Shown here one piece after another: positions 38,614 through 48,969 of a stretch of DNA of 64,000 bases. The notes below the pieces were generated by a model. That model saw nothing but the letters and a program-made list of their open reading frames with translations, was not told the origin of the DNA and did not search any database. The stretch comes from Nannocystis bainbridge. Its GTDB lineage: Bacteria > Myxococcota_A > Polyangia > Nannocystales > Nannocystaceae. How positions within the stretch are numbered: position 1 is the first letter of the stretch; each line of letters begins with the position of its first letter. A program made the position numbers and the translations under genes. Location of the stretch: assembly GCF_028368995.1 (NCBI RefSeq), contig NZ_JAQNDL010000002.1, forward strand, positions 1,312,001 to 1,376,000, written 5' to 3'.

Positions 38614-40986
38614 GGGCGCGAACACCAGCGAGCCGCCGGCCGGGATGGTGAAGCTGAGCTTGCCGAGAGCGGTGACCGACGCCTTGCCGCCGGCCAGCGC
38701 GTCGGTCAGCTCGGTCGCCGCGGCGAACCCCAGAGCCGGGCCGGCGTCGACCGTCACCATCTGCGGCGCCCCGGCGCGGGTGAGCGCCACGATCGCGGCG
38801 TCGCCGTCGGCGATCTTGCGGCCGAACACCAGGGTGTCCTCGTCGGCGAACAGCGGCACGTAGGCGCCGCGGCGCAGCGGCGCGATCTGCTGGCGGGCGC
38901 TGCCGAGCTTGCGCGTGTGCTGCAGCGTCGCCAGCTCGTCGGCCGACAGCTCGGCCTCGGGGCGCCACATGCGGCGGTTGTTGGGGTCGGCGCCGCCCCA
39001 CTGGCCGTACTCGTCGCCGTAATAGAGGAGGGGCGCGCCGGGCAGGCCGAACAGCCAGGTCAGGGCCAGGCGCGTGCGGCGGTACGGCTCCGGGTCGCCC
39101 GGCGCCTCGGCGACGTTGTCCCACTGGTTGCCCGGCACGCCCTTGTCGTGGCCGTCCTGGCCGCGGTAGTCGGCGTGGCTGACGAAGCGCGGGGTGTCGT
39201 GGCTGCCGATGTACGGGGTCATGACGGCGCCGGCGGGCCACTTGTCGAGGCCGTGACGGACCCAGTAGTCGGCGTGCAGCATGCCGCTGTCGCCCCACGC
39301 GAAGGTCCGGTAGCTGACGCCGTGGTAGAGGACGAAGTCGAACTGGCCGTCGAGCCCGAACGGGCCGATGTAGCGGGCGATCGTGCCGTAGTTGTCGTCG
39401 TTGCACGGATCGGGGCAGTCGTTCCAGCCCATCGCCGTCTCGCCCATGAGGAAGTACTTGGTGCCGGCGCGCTCGAAGCCCTCGCGCACGGCGGCGGCGA
39501 GGTTGCGGGTCGCGGACTCCTCGACGTGCTTGACGGCGTCGACGCGCAGACCGTCGAGGTCGAACTCGTCGAGCCACCAGGCGGCGTCGGCGACGAACTG
39601 ATCGTTGGCCTCGGTGACGCTGTGGTCGATGTCCGGCAGGTAGTCGGCGAACATGCACTCGAGCGCCTTCTCGGTCCAGTCGCAGCCCGAGGTGCCGCAC
39701 ACGCAGCCGGTGCGGAACCACTCGGGGTGCGACTGCATGTACTCGTGCTCGGCGTGGACGTGGTTGATGACGTAGTCCTGGAGGACGCGGATGCCGTGGC
39801 GGTGGGCCTCGTCGATCATGGCCGCCAGCGCCGCAGCGCCGCCGAGCCGCGGATCGACCTCGCGGGCCCGGATCGGCCAGTAGCCGTGGTAGCCGGTGAC
39901 CCAGTGGACGCCGTCGGCGGCCTTGAAGGCGTCTTCGGGGTTGGTCTGAAACGGGGTCAGCCAGATCGCCCGCACGCCGAGTTCGTCGAGGGTGCCGTCG
40001 GCGATCGCGGCGCGCAGGCCCTCGAGGTCGCCGCCGTCCCAGTCGCCGCGCACGTCGGCCATCGGTGTCGGGCCAGGACTGTCGCCGGGCTCGCCGTCGC
40101 GGAAGCGATCGGTGAGGACCATGTAGACGAGCGCGTCGTCCCAGCGGAACGCCTCGGCCTCGATCCAGAACGGGAGGAGGATCGGCTCGCTGACGTGACC
40201 GTCGGCAGCGGCGACGGTGACGGTGATCCGGTGCTTGCCGTCAGGAAGATCGGCCACGGCGATGGTGAGGTCGCCGGTGGCAGGATCGACGACGAACTCT
40301 TCGTCCGTCAGCGGGCGGGCATCGCCGCCGGTGCGCAGGGTCGCGGTGAACTCGCGGACCGCGGGGCCGGCGCCCGCGAGGCCGTCGACGTAGCGCAGGG
40401 TGGCGCCGTAGACGCCAGCGCCCGGGCCGGGCCGCTCGGCCGCAGAGGCGGCGACCTCGACGCTCGGACGCCGGCAGTCGGGCACGAGGATCGCGGAGTT
40501 CTCGGTCCCACCGACGTACTTGCGCCGGCCCTGGCCGGGATCGAGGACCCACTGATCGGCGCCGCCCTGGTCGTAGACGACCTTGTAGCCGTGCAGGCCA
40601 GGCGGGAGATCGACTGTCCCTCGATACATGCCATTTGGGTCAGGTCCTTCGAGCCATGTCGCAGAGGCCAGGTCGAAGCCGTGCCACTCGCCGGCCACGC
40701 GCGGGGAGTCGCCGCCGGACGGGGGATCGAAGGCGAAGCTCGCCGGACATACGAAGGCCGGATCGCCGGTCGGGTCGTCGGTGGTGGTCGGCTCGCCGGT
40801 GGTGCCGGTGGTGGTGCCGGTGGTCGGATCGGGCTGAGCGGTGGAGGCTGCGTCGGTGCCCGGGAAGCTGCTCGGGTTGTTCGTCAGTCCGCCGCTGGTG
40901 GTGGCGTCGGTGTCGCCGGGCGTGGGGGCCGGGCAGGCGCCGAGGAGCAGGAGGACGGGGACGAGGCGGATCGGCGGACGCACCAT
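38611..40986 (-). CDS. GH13 alpha-amylase family lipoprotein with an N-terminal CBM48-like domain
   Basis: Lipobox LGAC; TDRFRDG, GGDLEG, YHGYW, DYVINH, DGLRVDAVKH, SHDTPR, PLLYYGDE. Confidence 0.9.
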   Translation of the reverse strand: MVRPPIRLVPVLLLLGACPAPTPGDTDATTSGGLTNNPSSFPGTDAASTAQPDPTTGTTTGTTGEPTTTDDPTGDPAFVCPASFAFDPPSGGDSPRVAGEWHGFDLASATWLEGPDPNGMYRGTVDLPPGLHGYKVVYDQGGADQWVLDPGQGRRKYVGGTENSAILVPDCRRPSVEVAASAAERPGPGAGVYGATLRYVDGLAGAGPAVREFTATLRTGGDARPLTDEEFVVDPATGDLTIAVADLPDGKHRITVTVAAADGHVSEPILLPFWIEAEAFRWDDALVYMVLTDRFRDGEPGDSPGPTPMADVRGDWDGGDLEGLRAAIADGTLDELGVRAIWLTPFQTNPEDAFKAADGVHWVTGYHGYWPIRAREVDPRLGGAAALAAMIDEAHRHGIRVLQDYVINHVHAEHEYMQSHPEWFRTGCVCGTSGCDWTEKALECMFADYLPDIDHSVTEANDQFVADAAWWLDEFDLDGLRVDAVKHVEESATRNLAAAVREGFERAGTKYFLMGETAMGWNDCPDPCNDDNYGTIARYIGPFGLDGQFDFVLYHGVSYRTFAWGDSGMLHADYWVRHGLDKWPAGAVMTPYIGSHDTPRFVSHADYRGQDGHDKGVPGNQWDNVAEAPGDPEPYRRTRLALTWLFGLPGAPLLYYGDEYGQWGGADPNNRRMWRPEAELSADELATLQHTRKLGSARQQIAPLRRGAYVPLFADEDTLVFGRKIADGDAAIVALTRAGAPQMVTVDAGPALGFAAATELTDALAGGKASVTALGKLSFTIPAGGSLVFAP

Positions 40987-41056
40987 GCGGGCCGACGATA
41001 GCAACACGCGGCCCGACGAGACAGCGTCCACGCCCGCGCGGTAGGGTGGGCGGGTC

Positions 41057-43675
41057 ATGATCCGAGCTTCCTCCGTCGCCCTACTGGCCGCGCTGACGTC
41101 GACCTCGCTCGCCGCGCCGGCGACCGCCGCCGAGCCGCAACGGACCCGCTTCGCGCTGCCCAGCAGCAACGGCTGGGGCGCGCTCCTGGTCGACCTCAAG
41201 GCCGGCAAGGCGACCGAGCTGCGCGAGCACGTGTTCGCGGCCGAGGAGCCGAAGATCGACGAGCAAGGTCAGGACATCTGGGACGGCGAACAATTCGCGA
41301 CGGTGCACACGCGCGATGTCTTGTACGACGCGTACTTCGGCGTTCGCGCCGAGGGCGAGCAGCTGTGGCTGCCGTCGGTGCCGGTCGACGAGGACGCCAG
41401 CGGTTACTACGCGTGGAGCGACAGCGAGGAGGTCGGCACCGGCATCGTGAAGATGGTGCAGCCGCTCGGGGCGCTCGAGGCAACGACCTTCGCGTTCGCG
41501 CCGCAGGGCCTCGAGGCGGCCGGGATGGTGCTGCTGCTGCGGCTCAAGAACACCGGGGCGCAGCCGCTGCAGGGGGTGCAGGCGTTCTCGCTGCACAACT
41601 TCCACCTCGGGTCCGGGCGCCCGAACCGGCCGTGGGACGTGCACGAAGACATCGGCAACAACGGCGAGACGCTCGAGTTCGTCGGCGGCGCCGAGGCCCG
41701 CTTCCGCGAGCGCGGGTTCGCCGGCACGATCGTGACGCGAGCGCTGGCGCCGATCGTGCACCGCGGGGTCGGGCCGGGCGTCGATCTGTTCGCGCTGGTC
41801 GATCAGGGGCTGGCCGATCTGCCCGACAACATGGCGCCGGCCAACGCGGTCGACAACGCGACCTCGGCGTTCCAGTGGAACGTCGGCGCGCTGGCGCCGG
41901 GCGCCGAGGCGTGGATCGGGATCGCGGCGATCCACCGCGGCGATCCGTTCGCCGGCGCGGAGGCCGAGACGACCCTCGACGCGTGGATCGACGGCGTCGG
42001 CCCGCAGCTGCTGCTGGCCCGCGAGCGCGCGGTGTGGGCCGACCTCCACCAGCAGCAGTCGAAGCTGCCGGACGGGCTGGCCGCGGCCGAGGTGCCCATG
42101 CTGCGCCAGGCAGTAGCGATGTTGCACATGGGACAGGTCCTCGAGGACAGGTCGTTCGCGCGCGAGTGGCTGAGCCAGGACGGCGAGCCGCGGCGCACCC
42201 GCTTCCCCGGGCTCGACGACGAGCCCGCGATGCTACCGGCGTGGATCAAGCACCGCGGCCGGGGGGCGGTGCTGGCCAGCCTGCCGCCGGGCGAGTGGAC
42301 CTACGCGTGGATCCGCGACGGCGCCTACGCGACCACGGCGATGGCGGCGCTGGGGATGAAGGAGCACGCGCGGGCGTCGCTCGCCTACTACCTCGACGCC
42401 GAGGCCGGGCGGTTCCAGCAGTGGACCGAGCTGCAGCCGTACAGCATGCCGCCGTACCAGATCAGCCTGGTGCGCTACTTCGGGTTCGGGGTCGAGGAGA
42501 CCGACTTCAACGCGTTCGGGCCCAACCTCGAGTTCGACGGCTTCGGCCTGTTCCTGTGGGCGCTGCGGGCCTACGAGGTGCTGAGCGGCGACACCTCGCT
42601 GGCCGACGCGCGCTGGGAGCAGGTCGCGACCGAGGTCGCCGACGTCCTGGTCGCGCTGGTCGACCCCGAGACCGGGATGATCCGGCCCGACTCGTCGATC
42701 TGGGAGACGCACTGGCTCGGGCGCCAGCGGCGGTTCACGTACACCAGCATCACCGCCGCGCGCGGGCTGTGCGACGCGGCCGCCATCGCCGAGCGCCGCG
42801 GCGACGCTGTCCGTGCGGACATGTACAAGAAGACAGGTGAATCGATCCGCGCCGCCATCGCCGCGCGCGCCACCGACGGCGACGGGGCGCTGGCTGGCAG
42901 CGTCGAGGAGCTGGCGACCGGCGAGGGTTACTTCGACGCGGCGGTGTGGGACGCGATCGCCATGGGCCTGTTCGATCCGCAGGGCCCGATCGCGCAGGCG
43001 ACCTTCGCCGGGCTCGACGAGCACCTGCGCGTCGACGCCGGGGTCGGGTGGTCGCGCAACGACGACCGCTGGGACCACGCGATGATGGAGGACGCGACTC
43101 CGTGGGGCAGCGACTACGACAGCGCCGAGTGGGTCATCACCGACCTGCGCGGCTCGGTGGCGCTGCGCAAGGCCGGCGAGGCGGCGCGGGCCGACGCGCT
43201 GAACGAGTGGGTGCGCGAGCAGGCGGCCACCAACTACTACATGACCGCGGAGACGTTCGACGAGAAGACCGGCGTGTACAAGTTCAACTCGCCGATGCTC
43301 GGCTTCGGCGCCGGGGCTTACGCGCTGGCGCTGGCCCACCGCGCGGGGGCGTTCGCCGACCCGGCCTGCGGCGCCTACTTCGTCGAGGAGGACGTCGATC
43401 CGACCACGAGCACCGGCACCGACACCGGCGAGACGACGACCACCGGCGCGCCCGACCCGACGACCGCGGCGCCGACCACCGGCACCAATTCGACGGGCAC
43501 GACGAGCGAGGGCGAGACCGCGACGACGAGCGTGTCGAGCGCGGGCTCGGCGACCGCGGGGCTCACGGGTGGGACCAGCGAGGATGGCTGCGGATGCACG
43601 TCGGGCGGACCTGGAGCGCCGGCGGCGCTGCTGCTGCTCGGGCTCGTGGTTCGGCGTCGGCGTCGGCGCGCTTGA
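41057..43675 (+). CDS. Secreted GH15 glucoamylase-like glycoside hydrolase with a MYXO-CTERM-type sorting tail
   Basis: Signal peptide; GAVLAS...WTYAWIRDG; SIWE; Thr-rich linker; GCGC + hydrophobic + RRRRRR C-terminus. Confidence 0.82.
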   Translation: MIRASSVALLAALTSTSLAAPATAAEPQRTRFALPSSNGWGALLVDLKAGKATELREHVFAAEEPKIDEQGQDIWDGEQFATVHTRDVLYDAYFGVRAEGEQLWLPSVPVDEDASGYYAWSDSEEVGTGIVKMVQPLGALEATTFAFAPQGLEAAGMVLLLRLKNTGAQPLQGVQAFSLHNFHLGSGRPNRPWDVHEDIGNNGETLEFVGGAEARFRERGFAGTIVTRALAPIVHRGVGPGVDLFALVDQGLADLPDNMAPANAVDNATSAFQWNVGALAPGAEAWIGIAAIHRGDPFAGAEAETTLDAWIDGVGPQLLLARERAVWADLHQQQSKLPDGLAAAEVPMLRQAVAMLHMGQVLEDRSFAREWLSQDGEPRRTRFPGLDDEPAMLPAWIKHRGRGAVLASLPPGEWTYAWIRDGAYATTAMAALGMKEHARASLAYYLDAEAGRFQQWTELQPYSMPPYQISLVRYFGFGVEETDFNAFGPNLEFDGFGLFLWALRAYEVLSGDTSLADARWEQVATEVADVLVALVDPETGMIRPDSSIWETHWLGRQRRFTYTSITAARGLCDAAAIAERRGDAVRADMYKKTGESIRAAIAARATDGDGALAGSVEELATGEGYFDAAVWDAIAMGLFDPQGPIAQATFAGLDEHLRVDAGVGWSRNDDRWDHAMMEDATPWGSDYDSAEWVITDLRGSVALRKAGEAARADALNEWVREQAATNYYMTAETFDEKTGVYKFNSPMLGFGAGAYALALAHRAGAFADPACGAYFVEEDVDPTTSTGTDTGETTTTGAPDPTTAAPTTGTNSTGTTSEGETATTSVSSAGSATAGLTGGTSEDGCGCTSGGPGAPAALLLLGLVVRRRRRRA

Positions 43676-43709
43676 CCCAGCGGCGCGCGGCGTCCCAACA
43701 TCGGCGTGG

Positions 43710-45398
43710 ATGACCGCGCCGCCCCTGCTCGTCGCCTACTTCTCGATGGAGATCGCCCTGTCGAGCGAGCTCCCGACGTACGCGGGCGGGCTCGGGGTGC
43801 TCGCCGGCGACCATTTGCGGGCGGCGGCCGACACTGGCCTGGCGCTGGTCGGGGTGACCTTGCTGTACCGCAAGGGTTACTTCCGCCAGGTCCTCGACGC
43901 GCAGGGCCACCAGCAGGAGCGCGACGTCCAGTGGCTGCCCGAGCATCACCTCGAGCGGGTGTCGACGCAGGTCACCGTCAGCATCGAGGGCCGCGAGGTG
44001 AGGGTGGGGGCGTGGCAGACCTGGATCGCCGGCGCCGGCGGCGGGCGGGTCCCGGTCTACATGCTCGACACCGACATCGACGGCAACGGCGAGGAGGACC
44101 GCCGGATCACCGATCACCTGTACGGCGGCGAGGAGCGCTATCGGCTGCAGCAGGAGGCGGTGCTCGGGCTCGGCGGGCGGCGCCTGCTGGCCGCGCTCGA
44201 GCTGAAGCCGACCCGCTACCACCTCAACGAGGGCCACTCGTCGCTGCTCGCGCTCGAGCTGCTGGCGATCGAGATGTCCTCCGGGACAGGTGAAGACGCC
44301 GACCTCGCGGCCGCGATCGCGGCGGTGCGCGAGCGCTGCGTGTTCACCACCCACACCCCGATCCCGGCCGGCCACGATCGCTTCCCCAGGGCGCTGGCGA
44401 CCGCGGTGCTCGGGCGCGAGCTGGTCGACCTGTACGCCCGCCTGCCGACCCCGCACAGCGCCGAGATCAACATGAGCGCGCTGGGCATCGAGCTCAGCGG
44501 GTTCGTCAACGGCGTGTCGCATCGCCACGCCGAGGTCTCGGCCGGCATGTTCCCCGGGCGGCCGATCCACGCCATCACCAACGGCGTCCACTCGGCCACC
44601 TGGACCGCCCCTGCCATGCGCGCCGTGTTCGACCGCTGGATCCCCGAGTGGCGGCGGCACGCCCACGCCCTGCGGCAGGCCCAGAAGATCCCGACCGACG
44701 CCATCGTCGCCGCCCACCGCGAGGCCAAGCGCGCGCTCGTCGACGAGATCAACCGCCACGGCGACCACAACTTCGGCGAGGAGCGGTTCACTCTCGGCTT
44801 CGCCCGTCGCGCCACCGCTTACAAGCGCATGCTGCTGATCTTGCGCGACGTCCGGCGCCTGCGCGAGATCGCCAGCCGCTGGGGCGCGCTGCAGATCGTG
44901 TTCGCCGGCAAGGCCCACCCGCGCGACCTCGAGGGCAAGCGCATGATCGAGGCCGTGTTCCGCCAGCAGGAGGTCGTGCTGCCGTCGGTGCGGATCGCGT
45001 TCTTGCCCGGCTACGACATGCGCCTCGGCGGGCTCGTGACCGCCGGCGTCGACCTGTGGCTGAACACGCCGATGGCCCCGCTCGAGGCCTCGGGCACCAG
45101 CGGCATGAAGGCCGCCCACAACGGCGTGCCCAACCTCAGCGTGCGCGACGGCTGGTGGTGCGAGGGCTACATCGAGGGCCAGACCGGCTGGGTGCTGGCG
45201 CCCGGCCACCCGAGCGACGACGCCGACGCGGCCCAGCTGTACCGCGTGCTCGACGAGGAGGTCCTGCCGCTGTACCTCGGCGCGCCCGAGCGGTGGGCCG
45301 AGCGCATGCGGGCCAGCATCGCCCTCGCGGCCAGCTACTTCAACGCGCACCGGATGGTCGGCGAGTACCTCGAGCGGGCCTACGCGCCGCGCTGGTAG
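43710..45398 (+). CDS. glgP: Alpha-glucan (glycogen/maltodextrin) phosphorylase
   Basis: VAYFSME, YAGGLGVLAGDH, HLNEGH, ITNGVH, FARRATAYKR, EASGTSGMK (PLP lysine). Confidence 0.93.
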   Translation: MTAPPLLVAYFSMEIALSSELPTYAGGLGVLAGDHLRAAADTGLALVGVTLLYRKGYFRQVLDAQGHQQERDVQWLPEHHLERVSTQVTVSIEGREVRVGAWQTWIAGAGGGRVPVYMLDTDIDGNGEEDRRITDHLYGGEERYRLQQEAVLGLGGRRLLAALELKPTRYHLNEGHSSLLALELLAIEMSSGTGEDADLAAAIAAVRERCVFTTHTPIPAGHDRFPRALATAVLGRELVDLYARLPTPHSAEINMSALGIELSGFVNGVSHRHAEVSAGMFPGRPIHAITNGVHSATWTAPAMRAVFDRWIPEWRRHAHALRQAQKIPTDAIVAAHREAKRALVDEINRHGDHNFGEERFTLGFARRATAYKRMLLILRDVRRLREIASRWGALQIVFAGKAHPRDLEGKRMIEAVFRQQEVVLPSVRIAFLPGYDMRLGGLVTAGVDLWLNTPMAPLEASGTSGMKAAHNGVPNLSVRDGWWCEGYIEGQTGWVLAPGHPSDDADAAQLYRVLDEEVLPLYLGAPERWAERMRASIALAASYFNAHRMVGEYLERAYAPRW

Positions 45399-45422
45399 GC
45401 CGGGTCACGGGGTTCTCGTACA

Positions 45423-45561
45423 TAAACTTTGGGGCATGTTCCGTAGGACATGTCGGACATGGACAATAGCCTGAGAGGCGTGGCGCGTGCATGGCTCTCA
45501 GGACATGTCGTCAAGAGCATGCGCTTCAGGACATGCCCTGGCGGACATGGCCTCAGAGATA
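45423..45561. repeat. Two sub-arrays of 14-bp units between convergent glgP and epimerase genes
   Basis: TGTTCcgtaGGACA (45437); TGGCTctcaGGACA, TGTCGtcaaGAGCA, TGCGCttcaGGACA, TGCCCtggcGGACA, TGGCCtcagAGATA (45492-45561). Confidence 0.85.
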
Positions 45562-46554
45562 GCCGTTGGCCGCGAACCACTCGGCCGCGCGGCGCAGGGT
45601 CTCGTCGAGCGGGCGGACGGTGAAGCCGAGCTCCTCGCGGGCCTTGCGGTTGTCGAAGTGCAGCGCCTGGCTGGCGTAGGCGACCGAGCCGGCGGTGATC
45701 AGCGGCTCCTTGCCGGTGACGCGGTCGGCCAATTGCTCGAGCGCCCAGCCGGCCGCGCGGGCCATGGCGACCGGGGTGGAGAACATCTTGTGGCGCATGC
45801 CGAGCACGCGCCGCATCTCGGCCACCAGGGCGAAGATGTCGAGGTTGTGGCCGGTCAGCAGGTAGCATTCGCCGCGGCGGCCGCGTTCTTCGGCGAGCAG
45901 GTGGCCGCGCGCGACGTCCTCGACGTCGACGATGTTGAGGCCGCCGGCGAAGCACACGCGGATCCGTCCGCTGAGCGCGTCGACCAGGGTCTTGCCGGTC
46001 GGGGTCGGGCCGACGTCGCCGGGGCCGAGCGGCATGCCGGGGCCGACGACGGTGACGTCGACCAGCGGCGCGAACGCCAGCGCGACCTGCTGGCCGAGGT
46101 ACTTCGAGCGCACGTAGTCGAAGCTGCCGGCCCACAGGTTGAACGGGGTCGCCTCGTCCGAGGGCACCCCGTCCTCGCGCACGCCGACGGCGGCGATCGA
46201 GCTGGTGTAGACGACCTTGCGCACCCCGGCCTCGGCCGCCGCGGCCAGCACGTTGGCGGTGCCGGTGACGTTGACGTCGTAGATGACCTTTGGGTCAGGT
46301 ACCCAGGTACGGTAGACGGCGGCCAGGTGGTAGACGACGTCGCAGCCGCGGACCAGCGTGCGCATGCGATCGCGGTCGAGGACGTCGGCCTCGACGCGCT
46401 CGACCCGCGCGGGGTCGATGCCGGCGAGGTTGCGCGGATCTTCGCCCGGGCGCAGCACCGCCCGCACGGGGCGCCCTTGCTCGACCAGCAGGCGGACGAC
46501 GTGATGACCGATGAAGCCGGCGGCGCCGGTCACGAGCACGGGGGCGGCGGACAT
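45553..46554 (-). CDS. NAD-dependent epimerase/dehydratase (HpnA / dihydroflavonol-reductase-like extended SDR)
   Basis: VLVTGAAGFIG, YHLAA.Y, NVTGT, YVRSK, GPGDVGPTPTG. Confidence 0.88.
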   Translation of the reverse strand: MSAAPVLVTGAAGFIGHHVVRLLVEQGRPVRAVLRPGEDPRNLAGIDPARVERVEADVLDRDRMRTLVRGCDVVYHLAAVYRTWVPDPKVIYDVNVTGTANVLAAAAEAGVRKVVYTSSIAAVGVREDGVPSDEATPFNLWAGSFDYVRSKYLGQQVALAFAPLVDVTVVGPGMPLGPGDVGPTPTGKTLVDALSGRIRVCFAGGLNIVDVEDVARGHLLAEERGRRGECYLLTGHNLDIFALVAEMRRVLGMRHKMFSTPVAMARAAGWALEQLADRVTGKEPLITAGSVAYASQALHFDNRKAREELGFTVRPLDETLRRAAEWFAANGYL

Positions 46555-46619
46555 GCTTGCGATGAAACCGCAATCGCCCTGTGACGTGAAGCCCCACGCG
46601 CCGTGGTAGTCTGGGTCGC

Positions 46620-47540
46620 ATGTGGTCCCCCCGCCACGGCCGCGTCACGCGGACGCTCCTCCTCGCCGTCACGCCGACGCTCGCGGCCTGCTTCGTCGAC
46701 GTCCCGCCGGCGCTGAGCGGCGGCGCGAGCAGCGAGGGCGAGGGGCCGGGCGAGGGCACCACCGGCACGACAGGGCTGACGACCGAGGACGTGCACGACG
46801 ACGCCGACAGCAGCTCGAAGGGCTGCCCGACCACGGCGCCGCCGGGCAAGTGGTACCTCGATCAGGACGGCGACGACTGGGGCGTCGAGCCGGCCCAGGT
46901 CGCGTGCGACCAGCCGCCCGGGACCGCGGCGGAGCGCGGCGACTGCGACGACGGGGATCCCGAGCGGTTCCCCGGGTCGCTCGAGGTGTGCGACGGCGAG
47001 GACGACGACTGCGACGAGATCGTCGACGAGTTCTCGCCGGTCAACGCGAACTGCAACGGCTGCGCGCTGGCCGAGCGCGACGGGGCGCCGCACTGGTTCT
47101 GCAAGGACGACGCGATCGACTGGGTCGCGGCGCGCGAGGCCTGCACGGAGCTCGGCTGGACCGTCGAGCTGCTCAGCATCCACAGCGAGGCCGACCACGC
47201 GTGGGCGCGCACCCAGGCGCAGGCGCTGTACGAGGGCGTCGATCCGATGGGCACGTTCTGGATCGGCCTGCGCCGCGCCGACCCGCACTGGGCCAGCTGC
47301 ACGGCCGATCCGGCCCAGTGGGAGTGGAGCGACGGCAGCCCGCTCGACTACGCCGCCTGGTCGATGGGACAGCCCGACTCGGCGCCCTGCGACGCGCTGT
47401 GCGAGCCGGTCGACGCGCTCGACGAGGCCTGTCCGCGCGAGAACTGCGGCCACATGCTGTACCTCGAGGGCGGCTGGAACGACCGCGCCTGCTTCGCCGC
47501 GGGGGTCGGCTACGCCTGCCGCGCGGCACCCCCGCCGTGA
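46620..47540 (+). CDS. Lipoprotein with a putative metal-binding (DxDGD/DCDD) motif and a C-type lectin domain
   Basis: LAAC lipobox; WYLDQDGDDWG, GDCDD...EVCDGEDDDCD; FWIGL, WEWSDG, GQPD, ENC, WNDRAC. Confidence 0.85.
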   Translation: MWSPRHGRVTRTLLLAVTPTLAACFVDVPPALSGGASSEGEGPGEGTTGTTGLTTEDVHDDADSSSKGCPTTAPPGKWYLDQDGDDWGVEPAQVACDQPPGTAAERGDCDDGDPERFPGSLEVCDGEDDDCDEIVDEFSPVNANCNGCALAERDGAPHWFCKDDAIDWVAAREACTELGWTVELLSIHSEADHAWARTQAQALYEGVDPMGTFWIGLRRADPHWASCTADPAQWEWSDGSPLDYAAWSMGQPDSAPCDALCEPVDALDEACPRENCGHMLYLEGGWNDRACFAAGVGYACRAAPPP

Positions 47541-47583
47541 GCCCGTTGCGGCGGCGATCCCGGTGTGGCATTCCTTGCCGACG

Positions 47584-48843
47584 ATGACGACCCGGGCCGA
47601 TCCGCGCCTCGACCTGTCCTGTGAGACATCCGGCCTGCAGCCGCGCCCGCCCGGCACCTTCGAGGTCCTGGCCCAGGCGCCGGGCTCGCCGGCGCGGGCA
47701 GGGCGGCTGTGGACGGCGCACGGCCCGATCGACACGCCGTGCTTTATGCCGGTCGGCACCTACGGCGCGGTCAAGGGCCTCGACACCGACGACCTGCGCG
47801 AGGTCGGGGCGCAGATCATCCTCGGCAATTCGTACCACCTCGGCCATCGCCCCGGCGCCGCCCGCGTGGCCGCGCTCGGCGGCCTGCACCGCATGATGGC
47901 GTGGGATCGACCGATCCTCACCGACAGCGGCGGCTTCCAGGTGTTCAGCCTGCGCGGCCTGCAGAAGATCGACGACGCCGGGGTCTCCTATCAGACCCAC
48001 TTCGACGGCTCGCGCCACCGCATGACCCCCGAGAGCGTGCTCGGGACCCAGGCGGCGCTCGGCTCCGACATCTGCATGATCCTCGATCACTGTCCGCCGG
48101 CCGACGCCGAGCCCGCGCTGATCCGCGCGGCGGTCGAGCGCAGCACCCGCTGGGCAGAGGAGGCGGCGCGCCGGCGCGGGGAGATCCTGCAGCCAGGACA
48201 GCTGTGCTTCGCCATCGTCCAGGGCGGGACGGACGTGGGCCTGCGCCGCGAGCACCTGGCGGCCCTGAAGGACTTGCCGTTCGACGGCCTCGCGCTCGGC
48301 GGCCTCAGCGTCGGCGAGCCGATCCCCGAGATGCACGCCACCATGGCCGCGATCGGCCCGGAGATGCCGCAGGACCGCCCGCGCTACGTGATGGGCATCG
48401 GCACCCCGCACGACCTGCTGGCCGCGGTCAGCTCGGGTATCGACATGTTCGACTGCGTCATGCCGACCCGCCACGCCCGCAACGGCCAGCTTTTCACCTT
48501 CGCGGGCCGGCTGAACATCCGCCAGTCGCGCTTCCGCGACGATGACGCGCCGGTCGACGCCGCCTGCCGCTGCCGGTGCTGCACCCGCTACAGCCGGGCC
48601 TACCTGCGCCACCTCCACGAGCAGAACGAGCCGCTGTTCGGCCGCCTGGCGACGATCCACAACCTGTACTTCTATCAACAATGGGTCGGCGCCCTCCGGC
48701 GCGCCCTGCGCTCGGGCCGCTTCGAGGCCCTGCGCAGCGAGTTTTCGTCCGTCATCTCGAATGCTTACGCAGGCGGCGCGGAGCCCGAGGGGGACGAGGG
48801 CGGGCTCGCCTCCGCGGCCGCCCCGGCGCCGGAACCGGCGTGA
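47584..48843 (+). CDS. tgt: Queuine tRNA-ribosyltransferase (tRNA-guanine transglycosylase)
   Basis: TPCFMPVGT, ILTDSGGFQVFSL, GGLSVGEP, FDCVMPTR, CRCRCC zinc site, HNL. Confidence 0.95.
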   Translation: MTTRADPRLDLSCETSGLQPRPPGTFEVLAQAPGSPARAGRLWTAHGPIDTPCFMPVGTYGAVKGLDTDDLREVGAQIILGNSYHLGHRPGAARVAALGGLHRMMAWDRPILTDSGGFQVFSLRGLQKIDDAGVSYQTHFDGSRHRMTPESVLGTQAALGSDICMILDHCPPADAEPALIRAAVERSTRWAEEAARRRGEILQPGQLCFAIVQGGTDVGLRREHLAALKDLPFDGLALGGLSVGEPIPEMHATMAAIGPEMPQDRPRYVMGIGTPHDLLAAVSSGIDMFDCVMPTRHARNGQLFTFAGRLNIRQSRFRDDDAPVDAACRCRCCTRYSRAYLRHLHEQNEPLFGRLATIHNLYFYQQWVGALRRALRSGRFEALRSEFSSVISNAYAGGAEPEGDEGGLASAAAPAPEPA

Positions 48844-48969
48844 CAGGCCCGGGGTTCTTTGGTACCCCCCTGCGACCGGTGACCGGCCTGCGTTTTTGCA
48901 CGCGTCGGCCGCCCGCAGCGGCGTCAGAACGCAGGCGCCCCCGTGGATACTCCCGTCCGGACCATCGCC

